NCBI GenBank assembly: GCA_001780035.1
Contig: MFEY01000004.1
Location: forward strand, 81,405 to 145,404
Length of the DNA: 64,000 nucleotides
Direction: 5' to 3'
From: Candidatus Doudnabacteria bacterium RIFCSPHIGHO2_12_FULL_48_16
GTDB lineage: Bacteria; Patescibacteriota; Doudnabacteria; UBA920; O2-02-FULL-48-8
Made by a program: the position numbers and the translations under genes. The notes below the pieces were generated by a model, which saw only the letters and a list, made by a program, of their open reading frames with translations, searched no databases and was not told where the DNA came from. Within the stretch, counting starts at the first letter, position 1, and each line of letters begins with the position of its first letter. Shown one piece after another: positions 55,820 through 64,000 of this stretch.

Positions 55820-56518
55820 ATGTCAACAAAACTTAAATCTATCACTAAAGGCTCTCAAATTATGGATCAAATTTTTTGGGAGCTTTTAAAATTGCTAAAC
55901 AGCGGTCAGCCAGCCACTGAATTAAGCCTGGCGCAGTTTATTAAAAAACGAGCCAAACAATTGGGCGCCTCGGGCTTGGCCTTCCCGCCAATTGTCTCCT
56001 TTGGCCCGAACTCGGCGGAGATTCATCATAAGCCCAACAAAACGCGCATTGGGAAAAACAATTTCTTAATGCTGGATTATGGCGTTAAGGTTAACGGTTA
56101 CTGCTCGGATTTCACCCGGACTTTGTTCCTGGGCAGGCCGCAAAAAATCCACGAAAAAATTTATAACACGGTTCTGAGAGCGCAGTTAGCAGGCTTAAAA
56201 CTGGTAAAACCCGAGGCTGAGTGTTTCCGGATTGATCTGGCCGCCCGAGAAGTAATAATTGAGGCCGGTTTTGGCCGGCATTATAACCACCATACCGGAC
56301 ATGCCGTTGGTAAAAAAATCCATGAACCCCCGAGCTTCTCGGCGACATCTCCCTCCACGCTCTCCGCTTCCCGCTCCCCCCTCATTATGACTGTCGAGCC
56401 TGGTATTTACCTGCCCGGCAGGTTTGGCGTCAGAATCGAGGATATGGTTTTAGTTTCAAACAAGCCCAAGATATTTTCCAAAGTGCCGAAAGATTTTAAA
56501 TCGATGATAGTGGCTTAG
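55820..56518 (+). CDS. M24 metallopeptidase (Xaa-Pro aminopeptidase catalytic domain only)
   Basis: LDYG....GYCSDFTRT, HHTGHAVG..IHE.P and TVEPGIY.PG.FGVRIED. Confidence 0.92.
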   Translation: MSTKLKSITKGSQIMDQIFWELLKLLNSGQPATELSLAQFIKKRAKQLGASGLAFPPIVSFGPNSAEIHHKPNKTRIGKNNFLMLDYGVKVNGYCSDFTRTLFLGRPQKIHEKIYNTVLRAQLAGLKLVKPEAECFRIDLAAREVIIEAGFGRHYNHHTGHAVGKKIHEPPSFSATSPSTLSASRSPLIMTVEPGIYLPGRFGVRIEDMVLVSNKPKIFSKVPKDFKSMIVA

Positions 56519-56522
56519 ATAT

Positions 56523-56630
56523 ATAACTCCCCCGCAAACGCTTGATCTAACGCACCCCCTCTTACATTAAGAGGGGGTAAGATAGCAGTTGCTCCTCCCC
56601 TTAATGTAAGGGGAGGCTGGGAGGGGTTAT
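56523..56630. mobile_element. Gene-less copy of the DUF559 family-1 element
   Basis: Near-identical to 49302-49409. Confidence 0.85.
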
Positions 56631-56643
56631 TTTCCAACCAACC

Positions 56644-56677
56644 GAAAACCGCCTGGGCTTTTCCCGAGGCGGTTTTC
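56644..56677. terminator. Bidirectional terminator hairpin
   Basis: GAAAACCGCCTGGG CTTTT CCCGAGGCGGTTTTC between convergent genes. Confidence 0.75.
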
Positions 56678-56709
56678 GTAATTCCTAATTCGTACTTCGT
56701 AATTCGATT

Positions 56710-59160
56710 CTATTTCACTCCCGCGATAACCTGGTCGATATCGGCGGTATCTTGCTTGTTGGCGACCAGAATTTCTCGCACTTTTTCGAATGCGCTAAGC
56801 GCCTTGGCCTTATCCCCTTTTTGCTGATACGCTAGCCCGAGGCTGTAGTGAGCATTGGCGTATTCGGCATTCAAAGCCACCACTTTCTGGAAAATTCCGA
56901 TAGCTTCATCGTAATTTTTCTGATTGTAGGTGAGGCGACCTTGTTCAAACAAGACGTCCGGGTTAGTCGGGAACAGCCCGGCGGCTTCATCCATTTTCTT
57001 TTTGGCTTCCTCGGCTCTTTGGTCGGCTTCCAAAACGCGCGAGAGCTGGATGTAGAATTCCGGCAGATCATTTTTCAGTTCTATCGCCTTATTTAGCTCG
57101 GCCACCGAATGCTTGATCATTTCCGGATCGATTTTGGTCGGCTGATTGCCATTGGCGTCCGGCTCTTTGGAACTATCAGCCACATTGGCGGCGCCAAAGT
57201 AAGCCTGGCCCAATTGATAGTGCAGCGCCGGATTGTTGGGATCATGCTCAATCGCCGATTTGAGCGAACTAATGACATATTGATCGGCGCCGGCAGCCAA
57301 GGGCTTGATGTCGGCGTAAAACTGCGCCAAGGCCTGCCAGTTGGATGCTTTGGCCGGAGAAATCTGCACGGCCAGTTGGCCGGCTTTGATCAATTCGCTC
57401 ATTAGATTCTGGATTAGATTGGCGTCCGGTTTGGGCTTAGACCCTTCTTCCTGGGCGCGCAAGATTATGCTTTGACCGTAAGTCAGATAATAGACGTCCC
57501 GGTAAGGATTCAGACTGATGGCGCGGGCGAACTGGTTGGAGAGCGCCGTCGGGTCCGGTTTTTCCCGGTTAGCTTGCTTGATGCCGGTGGCGTAGGCGAC
57601 TTCTCCGCCATAAATCGTGGCTTCAAAGAACGCTCCGATCAGAATGGCCGCCAGCAAGAGGAGGGAAACGAACATCCACGATAGCGCAGCGCGAGGCGAC
57701 GATGACATGGACATGGGCGATGATTCCAATTCGCTTTCTTCCCCGCTCATGTGAGCCATAGCCATAAAGACGCCGAGCGAGAGCCAGTAAAGGAAATAAA
57801 ACGTCGCGTTGAAAAAATAGAAGAAGTGAGCGATATAAAGCGCGAGCCAGACGACGAAAAAGCCAAAAGCGTGCTTCCAGCCGACATGCTCGGCTTTTTT
57901 GAGCAAGAAATACAACCCATAAACCAGGAACAGTAGGCTTAAGAGCTCGAACACCAGCAGGCCCAAAATGCCGGTTTCAATGGCGATATTGCCGATCTCG
58001 GACGACGCCCGGTCAAAATTCAGGCTCCAGACAATCGTCTTGTTCAGTTCCGGCGGTTTGATCTGACCAAAAACAATTCCGGTGGTGCCAGGGCCCGAGC
58101 CGAGGATCGCGCTTTTGGCCCCTTCTTTCATGGAGTTGCCAACCAGGGTCCAAGTGGTGGAATTGGATAACTGCACTTCCACCGGCAGGTCAATGTTGAC
58201 CAGGTTGCGGGGGTTAACGGCCGCCGGCAAAAATTGGAACGAAATGAACAAAACGCTGATGACCAGCATGACCATGGGTTTCCAAAACCAGGTCGGCGAG
58301 GATTGATGCTCCCCCTGGATTGCCATGGAGATGGCGAGGAACGCGACCATAGCCAGGCCCAAGACCAGCCAGGCGACAAAGGCGTTGATCAAAAACAAAA
58401 TTGCCAGAGAGACCAAGGTCAGCAGCCACAACATGGCGGTTTTGACCCGGCCCCGGCTGCTACCCATGAAGAACATCCATTGGACAAACACGACAGAGAC
58501 CGCGCTAAAGATCGCCAAACCCACCTGGCTGCCGATGGGATTGAATCCGCGGTTATGGGTAAAGGCCGCTGGCAGAAGATAAATCCCCAACAGCTGGAAC
58601 AAACTGTATACCAAAACGATGCCGGAGCCGAGCAAAAAATAGTTGGTGAGCCGTTTGATTGTCTGTTCCCGTTTCAAGTTGTTGACGATCACGAAGTAAA
58701 ACAAGACCAGGCTGAGGACAGAAATGAAACTACCGGAAAACCGGCCATAATAGCCCAGAAAAGACGAGACCTTATCAATCGACATCAGGCTGGTGAGCAG
58801 GTAAACGCCCAGGTAGGCCAAGAGGATATAATCAAGCGACGTTTTGACCCAGGAGACAGACCGGGTAGTTAAAATTTTAATGACCCAGACAGCCAGCATA
58901 AGGACGACGCCGAAAAAGATCAAGGTCAGTTTGTTGAAGTCGCGGACTTCGGTGGTTAAGGAAGTAAACAGCACCGGCACCAGCAGAACCAAGGCATAGA
59001 GACAGAAATTAATGATCTTGTGGAACCGCGAAAAATCCACAGTCTGGGCGGCCGCCGCCGCATGGCCGGAAGCATGCTGAACCAGGTTGTGGTGGTCAGC
59101 GGCTGGCCCGCCTAGACTCGCGCTAGGCGAGGCTGGTTTGCGCTTCATAAAATCGAGCAT
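56710..59160 (-). CDS. O-antigen-ligase-like polytopic membrane protein with C-terminal TPRs
   Basis: About 12-13 TM helices, LGSGPGT, E.GILG and TPR motif YANAHYSLGLAY. Confidence 0.85.
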   Translation of the reverse strand: MLDFMKRKPASPSASLGGPAADHHNLVQHASGHAAAAAQTVDFSRFHKIINFCLYALVLLVPVLFTSLTTEVRDFNKLTLIFFGVVLMLAVWVIKILTTRSVSWVKTSLDYILLAYLGVYLLTSLMSIDKVSSFLGYYGRFSGSFISVLSLVLFYFVIVNNLKREQTIKRLTNYFLLGSGIVLVYSLFQLLGIYLLPAAFTHNRGFNPIGSQVGLAIFSAVSVVFVQWMFFMGSSRGRVKTAMLWLLTLVSLAILFLINAFVAWLVLGLAMVAFLAISMAIQGEHQSSPTWFWKPMVMLVISVLFISFQFLPAAVNPRNLVNIDLPVEVQLSNSTTWTLVGNSMKEGAKSAILGSGPGTTGIVFGQIKPPELNKTIVWSLNFDRASSEIGNIAIETGILGLLVFELLSLLFLVYGLYFLLKKAEHVGWKHAFGFFVVWLALYIAHFFYFFNATFYFLYWLSLGVFMAMAHMSGEESELESSPMSMSSSPRAALSWMFVSLLLLAAILIGAFFEATIYGGEVAYATGIKQANREKPDPTALSNQFARAISLNPYRDVYYLTYGQSIILRAQEEGSKPKPDANLIQNLMSELIKAGQLAVQISPAKASNWQALAQFYADIKPLAAGADQYVISSLKSAIEHDPNNPALHYQLGQAYFGAANVADSSKEPDANGNQPTKIDPEMIKHSVAELNKAIELKNDLPEFYIQLSRVLEADQRAEEAKKKMDEAAGLFPTNPDVLFEQGRLTYNQKNYDEAIGIFQKVVALNAEYANAHYSLGLAYQQKGDKAKALSAFEKVREILVANKQDTADIDQVIAGVK

Positions 59161-59180
59161 TTGGTTTGGTTTTCTTCATC

Positions 59181-59227
59181 TTAGAACTCCCCTCTCCCGC
59201 TCCGGGAGAGGGGCCGGGGGTGAGGGT
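59181..59227. repeat. BoxC-like solo arm
   Basis: TTAGAACTCCCCTCTCCCG CTC CGGGAGAGGGG CCGGGGGTGAGGGT, matching 11211-11257. Confidence 0.8.
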
Positions 59228-59307
59228 AATCTAAAATTTAATATTTTTAATAGTTATTAACAGCTATTTCTCCCCAATAATAGCAAATTTTAATAGATTT
59301 GGGAATT

Positions 59308-59791
59308 ATAACTCCCCCGCTAACCCTCAGCTGAGGCACCCCCTCTTACATTAAGAGGGGGTGAACTGCAGATTAATTCTTTGGGCAGTATTCTAAGATT
59401 TTGTCGTATATCCCGTCGATATTTTCTATTACCTCATTATTCCAAAATCTTAATTCTCTAATATCGTTAGCTAATAAATAAGCCGTTCTTTCCTGATCAT
59501 ATTCTTTTTGTTCATCAGCGTGCTGACCTCCATCTAACTCAATGGCTAACCTCAATTCGGGACAATAAAAATCGAGAATATAATACCCGACGCTATATTG
59601 CCTTAAAAATTTATAGTCATTGCATTGTTTATTTCTTAGTACCTTCCAAAGTAACGATTCACAATCAGTTTGATTTTTTCTTAACTGCTGTCTTCGTGAT
59701 TTAATTTTCGGGTTGTTATATATTAGCTTCATCTTTGCGTTAGATGGCAGTTAACCCTCCCTTAATGTAAGGGAGGGTTAGGGTGGGTTAT
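59308..59791. mobile_element. DUF559 family-1 element (gene-carrying)
   Basis: Left arm 59308-59364 and right arm 59742-59791 match the two halves of the four gene-less copies. Confidence 0.78.
59373..59732 (-). CDS. DUF559 (Vsr-like) endonuclease
   Basis: RRQQLRKNQT..E.LLW..LR, F.RQYSVG.YILDFYCP..RLAIELDGGQH and RFWN. Confidence 0.93.
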   Translation of the reverse strand: MKLIYNNPKIKSRRQQLRKNQTDCESLLWKVLRNKQCNDYKFLRQYSVGYYILDFYCPELRLAIELDGGQHADEQKEYDQERTAYLLANDIRELRFWNNEVIENIDGIYDKILEYCPKN

Positions 59792-59792
59792 T

Positions 59793-62700
59793 TTACGGTG
59801 CTACTGGCTCCCCTGCCTCGCCAGCAGGCAGGTCGGCCGGCGGTGGGGTACCAGAATCAGCTGATGGGGTCACATCTTCTCCGCTTGGCAACTCTGAACT
59901 GGTTTCAGAGTCCCCGGTTTGAGATCCTGCCTGCCCGCCGGCTTGTCCGTCCGTAGTTTCAACGGAGGCGGAAGCGTCAGATGAAGGCTGGGATTCCTCT
60001 ACCGGCGGCTCTTCTGCAGGCGGAGTTTCTTCTCCCCCGCTCGTGCTGTCCCCGGAAACTGTTCCCTGTTCGCTGTTATCTGTCGTCTGACTATTCAAGC
60101 CCGCGTTCTGCAACAGCGTCTGCAACTGATTCTTGTCGATACAAACATCTTCCAGGCAGAGCCGCACGGCCACGATGGTGCCGTCCTCGCCAATGCTCCA
60201 CTTTCCTTGCAAGCCGGCAATGGATTTGACGTTGACGAACGCATGGCCGTTGCCGTCCAGATCCTGGGCCAGACTGATTAGCTGGCCGGAGAGATCCTGC
60301 GCCACATCGATATGCTGATAGCCGAGATTAACAAAAACCAAAACTGAATCTAATCCTTCTGTGCCACCCTGTGAATCTTCCAAAGCAATACCAATGGATT
60401 GGCCCGATTCGGTCATCTTGGCGGCGTATCCTGGCAATTGACTGGAAACAGTCAGCCGATCACCGGCATGGATCTGGCCGTTTTCTTCGGAAACCTTCAC
60501 CGGCACGCGACCAACTAAGGCCACGGGTTTTTGCAGGGCAAGTTTCCCCGGATTTTTCCAATCATAATTCATGACCGGACCCGGGGCCGTGGAAATTACC
60601 CCGATAAGCGTATGAGCGCCGGTGGCTGGGGCCACGGCAAAGCCATCGTCATTCGAGCTGGTGGCCACCATTTCCACAACCTCCCCGGGCTGGGGCGAGC
60701 CTTGGGTGTAATACATTTCGGCGACGTCGGCGGGAGTGGAATAGACATTGGCATCAGAATAGACTGAGCCGTCAGCCGTGATCTTAAAGTGCACAGTATC
60801 CACCCCGGAACCGACCGTGGAATCGGATTCAATGGAGAAGACGGATTGGGCGTCCGTGGATTCTTCAGTATTGATGTAGATACCTTCCAGGTTAGCGGCA
60901 TCGGTTTGGTTAATGACTAATTTACCGGTAGTCGGGCTGGTTTCCCCAATCCCGACGTTGCCGGCGCCTGTAATATGCATCGCTTCTGTTAGAACTCCCG
61001 CGTTATATGTCCGCAATCGCAATGCCGTCGTGCCTGAACTGTCCGAACGACGAGCTTGTAGGTAAGTGATATCACCTCCGGAAATAGGTACCATGTAGAT
61101 ATTGCCTACGGCATAGAATGCGCCGCTAGCGTTAGTGCCACTATCCGCTAACCAAATATCCCCGGAGCTATCAACATCTAATTTCCCCCTAGGGCTCGTG
61201 CTCCCGATGCCGACATTGCCGCCTAAGAAGGCCGCGGCGTAGTTGGCGCCAGCCCCGGTCGGAGTATTCACAGTTAAGCCATAGGCATTAGTCGCGGTCG
61301 AGACAGCGGTGACAGGAACTAAAATACCATGCGAGTTTGTAATGGCTACATTTGTGGACTTGATGGGGTTGGCTACGATTAAGCCTGCGGCATCAGTTAC
61401 GGTCTGGTTGGCATTGGTGCCGACCAGAGTCATGGCACCAATCTGGGCGCCGTAGAAAGTAGCGTAAGTGGTAGGGTCAGCGCCGGAAAGAGTAACTGTG
61501 TGGGCTCTTTGAGTGATACCGGAGACTCCCGCGGCGGCAAAGGTGCCAGTGGAGAGAATATCCAGCTTGGATGCGGGAGCAGTGGTGCCAATGCCGACGT
61601 TGCCGCCATTTAAGATTGTAAGGACTCCACTGCCTGCTCCGGAAGTGCCCAAACGCAAATTATTTCCAGTGGCGGCGTTTACGTCAGTATTTGTGCCGTC
61701 CACTGTGATACTAAACCTTGTGGCAGCTGTAGCGGCAGCGCCAATTCTGAATGCTTCACCTGTGACATCCGCACCCAGAGATAGGTGTAATTTAGTGCCT
61801 GGAGTCGTCGTCCCGATGCCGACGAGGCCGGCGGAATCGATTGTCATCCGCGTGCCCGTACCAGCAGCGCCGTCAGTCTGGAACAAAAGTTTGGAATAAG
61901 CGCTTGTGGCATGATCGTATTGTGCCACAATACCGGCTTCTATTGAGCTGGCTCCCATCAATGAAATCTTGGCGTAATCAGTATTGGCGGCTTGGGTTAC
62001 CAAACCTTGAGTTCGACTGACCGCACGAGTGGTGGTGGAAGATGAATATACGTGCAATAATTGAGCTGGATTCGTCGTCCCGATGCCGACGTTGCCCCCT
62101 AAGAACGCCGCCGCATAGTTGTTGGTAGCGCCAGTGGAAGCATTTACTGTCAGGCCGTAAGAATTAGTGGCGGTAGAAACAGCAGTAGCGGGAATCAAAA
62201 TTCCGTGAGTATTGGTAAGAGCCACATTCGTAGATTTAATCGGGTTGGCTACAATTAGTCCGGCCGCATCTGTGACGGTCTGGTTGATATTAGTGCCTAC
62301 TAAGGTCACAGCACCAATCTGGGCGCCGTAGAAAGTGGCGTAAGTAGTTGGGTCTGCGCCGGAGAGAGTGATGGTGTGGGCTCGCTGTGTAATTCCAGAA
62401 ACGCCGGCTGCGGCAAAGGTACCGGTGGAAAGAATATCCAGCTTGGAGGCGGGAACGCTAGTCCCAATGCCGACGTTGCCACTTGGAACAATGAAATTTT
62501 CTGTGTCCCGAGGAACCTGCCAAATATTGTGATAAACACTTGAGTAATATGTACGGAATAAAACATCGTCTGTTCCACCTGCTCCATCAATGAGGATTTC
62601 AGCATAGTTATTGTCAGCTCCACCAAGTGTCGAGCCTTGTCTCCAGGCTATACGCGGACTACCACCAGCTACGTCAGAAGATGAAATGATGCCGACTACG

Positions 62701-64000
62701 TCCAAAGGATTGATCGGATCCGTCGTCCCGATACCGACGTTGCCGGAACTTTCTATCCTCATCCTCTCCACTGCCGCCGAGGTAGTGGCTGTGCCGAATA
62801 CCAAGGCCGTGCTGTTGACTGTGGCGCTAAAAGTCGCTTCTGCTTCTGCCCAGATTCCAGCACCGGCGAGTATTGCATCAGAGCCATCGGATTCTAATGG
62901 TGAATTGAAATTGATTCTTCCTAGTTGATCATCATCAATGATGGTGAGTTCCTTGGTGGATAAAGTGAGAATACCTGCGCTTGTTGCTCCTGTGCCTACT
63001 GGTCCTTGGACGTCGAGAAGGGATTGCGGGACGGTGGTATTGATGCCGACGTTGCCATCCTTAGTCAGACGCATCTTTTCGGTTGGAGAGGTATCACCGG
63101 TTTCCCAAGCGAAGTATCCACCGCCTGCCGCAAACGAACCACTCGTCTGAATCTTCGTTCTGAAAACAAGACCTGCGCCAGAACCGTTCGGACGAAGCAT
63201 CTCCATCTCTGATGTGGCCAACTTCAGGCCGTAAGTTGTACTCGGAGCGCTGAGAATCAGGCCGAACTGCCCGACCGTGTCGGTCGTGTTGATATCTAGT
63301 TTCTGGCTTGGGTCTGTTCTCCCGATGCCGACTTCACCAGTGCCTAAGATCGTCATGCGGGCCGTATTGGCCGTGCCGAAATGGATATTCTTATTTGTGC
63401 TTAAAGTACTGGCATACAAGATGGTGTCGTAAGCGCTACTACCCGGAAGCAGTGCGCCAGCAGAGCTACCCTCAACTGCCAAATAACCGTTGTTGCCCGT
63501 ATTGGCAAATCCTAATACCACTCCGTTAGTTCCAGTAGTTGAAGTTATTTGCACCCGGCCGGTTGCCGCCTGAACTTCCAGCGGGAAGACTGGATTCGTC
63601 GTCCCGATACCCACATTCCCTCCCAAGAATGCTGCGGCATAGTTGTTGGTTGCGCCAGTTGGAGTATTAACTGTCAGGCCGTAAGAATTAGTGGCGGTAG
63701 AGACAGCGGTAACAGGAATTAAAATTCCATGAGTATTGGTGAGAGCCACATTAGTGGATTTGATTGGGTTGGCCACGATCAGACCAGCGGCATCTGTGAC
63801 GGTCTGGTTGATATTAGTGCCAGCCAAAGTCATGGCACCAATCTGAGCGCCGTAGAAGGTAGCGTAAGTAGTCGGGTCAGCGCCAGAGAGAGTGACTGTG
63901 TGTGCTCTTTGAGTGATACCGGAAACCCCGGCGGCGGCAAAGGTGGCTGTTGGGAGAATGTCGAGTTTGGAAGCCGGGCTTGCTGTGCCGATACCGATAT
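59793..64000 (-). CDS. Giant fibre/adhesin-like protein with GNVGIGT repeats and a C-terminal autochaperone-like (peptidase G2/S74-like) domain, 5' end outside the window
   Basis: Frame open to the window edge, ADVAEMY...PGEVV...IGVIST.PG...VALVGRVPVKV...GD.LT.S..PG.A, acidic tail. Confidence 0.85.
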   Translation of the reverse strand, partial: IGIGTASPASKLDILPTATFAAAGVSGITQRAHTVTLSGADPTTYATFYGAQIGAMTLAGTNINQTVTDAAGLIVANPIKSTNVALTNTHGILIPVTAVSTATNSYGLTVNTPTGATNNYAAAFLGGNVGIGTTNPVFPLEVQAATGRVQITSTTGTNGVVLGFANTGNNGYLAVEGSSAGALLPGSSAYDTILYASTLSTNKNIHFGTANTARMTILGTGEVGIGRTDPSQKLDINTTDTVGQFGLILSAPSTTYGLKLATSEMEMLRPNGSGAGLVFRTKIQTSGSFAAGGGYFAWETGDTSPTEKMRLTKDGNVGINTTVPQSLLDVQGPVGTGATSAGILTLSTKELTIIDDDQLGRINFNSPLESDGSDAILAGAGIWAEAEATFSATVNSTALVFGTATTSAAVERMRIESSGNVGIGTTDPINPLDVVGIISSSDVAGGSPRIAWRQGSTLGGADNNYAEILIDGAGGTDDVLFRTYYSSVYHNIWQVPRDTENFIVPSGNVGIGTSVPASKLDILSTGTFAAAGVSGITQRAHTITLSGADPTTYATFYGAQIGAVTLVGTNINQTVTDAAGLIVANPIKSTNVALTNTHGILIPATAVSTATNSYGLTVNASTGATNNYAAAFLGGNVGIGTTNPAQLLHVYSSSTTTRAVSRTQGLVTQAANTDYAKISLMGASSIEAGIVAQYDHATSAYSKLLFQTDGAAGTGTRMTIDSAGLVGIGTTTPGTKLHLSLGADVTGEAFRIGAAATAATRFSITVDGTNTDVNAATGNNLRLGTSGAGSGVLTILNGGNVGIGTTAPASKLDILSTGTFAAAGVSGITQRAHTVTLSGADPTTYATFYGAQIGAMTLVGTNANQTVTDAAGLIVANPIKSTNVAITNSHGILVPVTAVSTATNAYGLTVNTPTGAGANYAAAFLGGNVGIGSTSPRGKLDVDSSGDIWLADSGTNASGAFYAVGNIYMVPISGGDITYLQARRSDSSGTTALRLRTYNAGVLTEAMHITGAGNVGIGETSPTTGKLVINQTDAANLEGIYINTEESTDAQSVFSIESDSTVGSGVDTVHFKITADGSVYSDANVYSTPADVAEMYYTQGSPQPGEVVEMVATSSNDDGFAVAPATGAHTLIGVISTAPGPVMNYDWKNPGKLALQKPVALVGRVPVKVSEENGQIHAGDRLTVSSQLPGYAAKMTESGQSIGIALEDSQGGTEGLDSVLVFVNLGYQHIDVAQDLSGQLISLAQDLDGNGHAFVNVKSIAGLQGKWSIGEDGTIVAVRLCLEDVCIDKNQLQTLLQNAGLNSQTTDNSEQGTVSGDSTSGGEETPPAEEPPVEESQPSSDASASVETTDGQAGGQAGSQTGDSETSSELPSGEDVTPSADSGTPPPADLPAGEAGEPVAP

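Noticed and set aside
1-64000. Alternative genetic code (UGA=Gly, as in Gracilibacteria/SR1)
   Set aside because: Long conserved genes are intact under code 11, and TGA ends genes at expected positions (for example clpC at 150-152).
59793-64000. Prophage suggested by the tail-fibre-like protein
   Set aside because: No capsid, terminase, portal or integrase genes in the window. The sequence beyond the edge cannot be assessed.

Overview
This is a 64-kb chromosomal window from a small-genome bacterium, inferred to be Patescibacteria/CPR and possibly Doudnabacteria. The inference rests on tRNA-Arg(GCG), IleRS with an inserted histidine-phosphatase domain, a CPR-type VirB4/PrgI/VirB6 locus, an LLAAAC lipobox and mostly SD-less genes; the genetic code looks standard. 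Housekeeping content: clpC 3' end, comF, recG, rsmA/ksgA, pcrA/uvrD, recO, ileS with a T-box, argS, smpB, tmRNA, infC-rpmI-rplT, an M24 peptidase and three tRNAs. Accessory content: an AT-rich ECF-sigma/MacAB block next to tRNA-Ser, a T4SS-like operon, large surface proteins and three GC-rich foreign-looking genes. The most striking signal is a set of tiny transposase-free elements, each one small gene bracketed by its own repeat family, with gene-less copies of the same flanks elsewhere. (i) Four-helix-bundle (IVP/Avd-like) genes sit between inverted 7-bp tandem arrays, in three repeat families. (ii) DUF559 endonuclease genes sit between palindromic arms with ATAACY...RGTTAT termini, including one end-to-end permuted copy. 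(iii) A 298-bp GIY-YIG element has 16/17-bp terminal inverted repeats and a 5-bp direct repeat. These repeats also occur in frame inside ileS, argS, ksgA and other genes. Protein family calls come from motif recognition by eye, not database searches.
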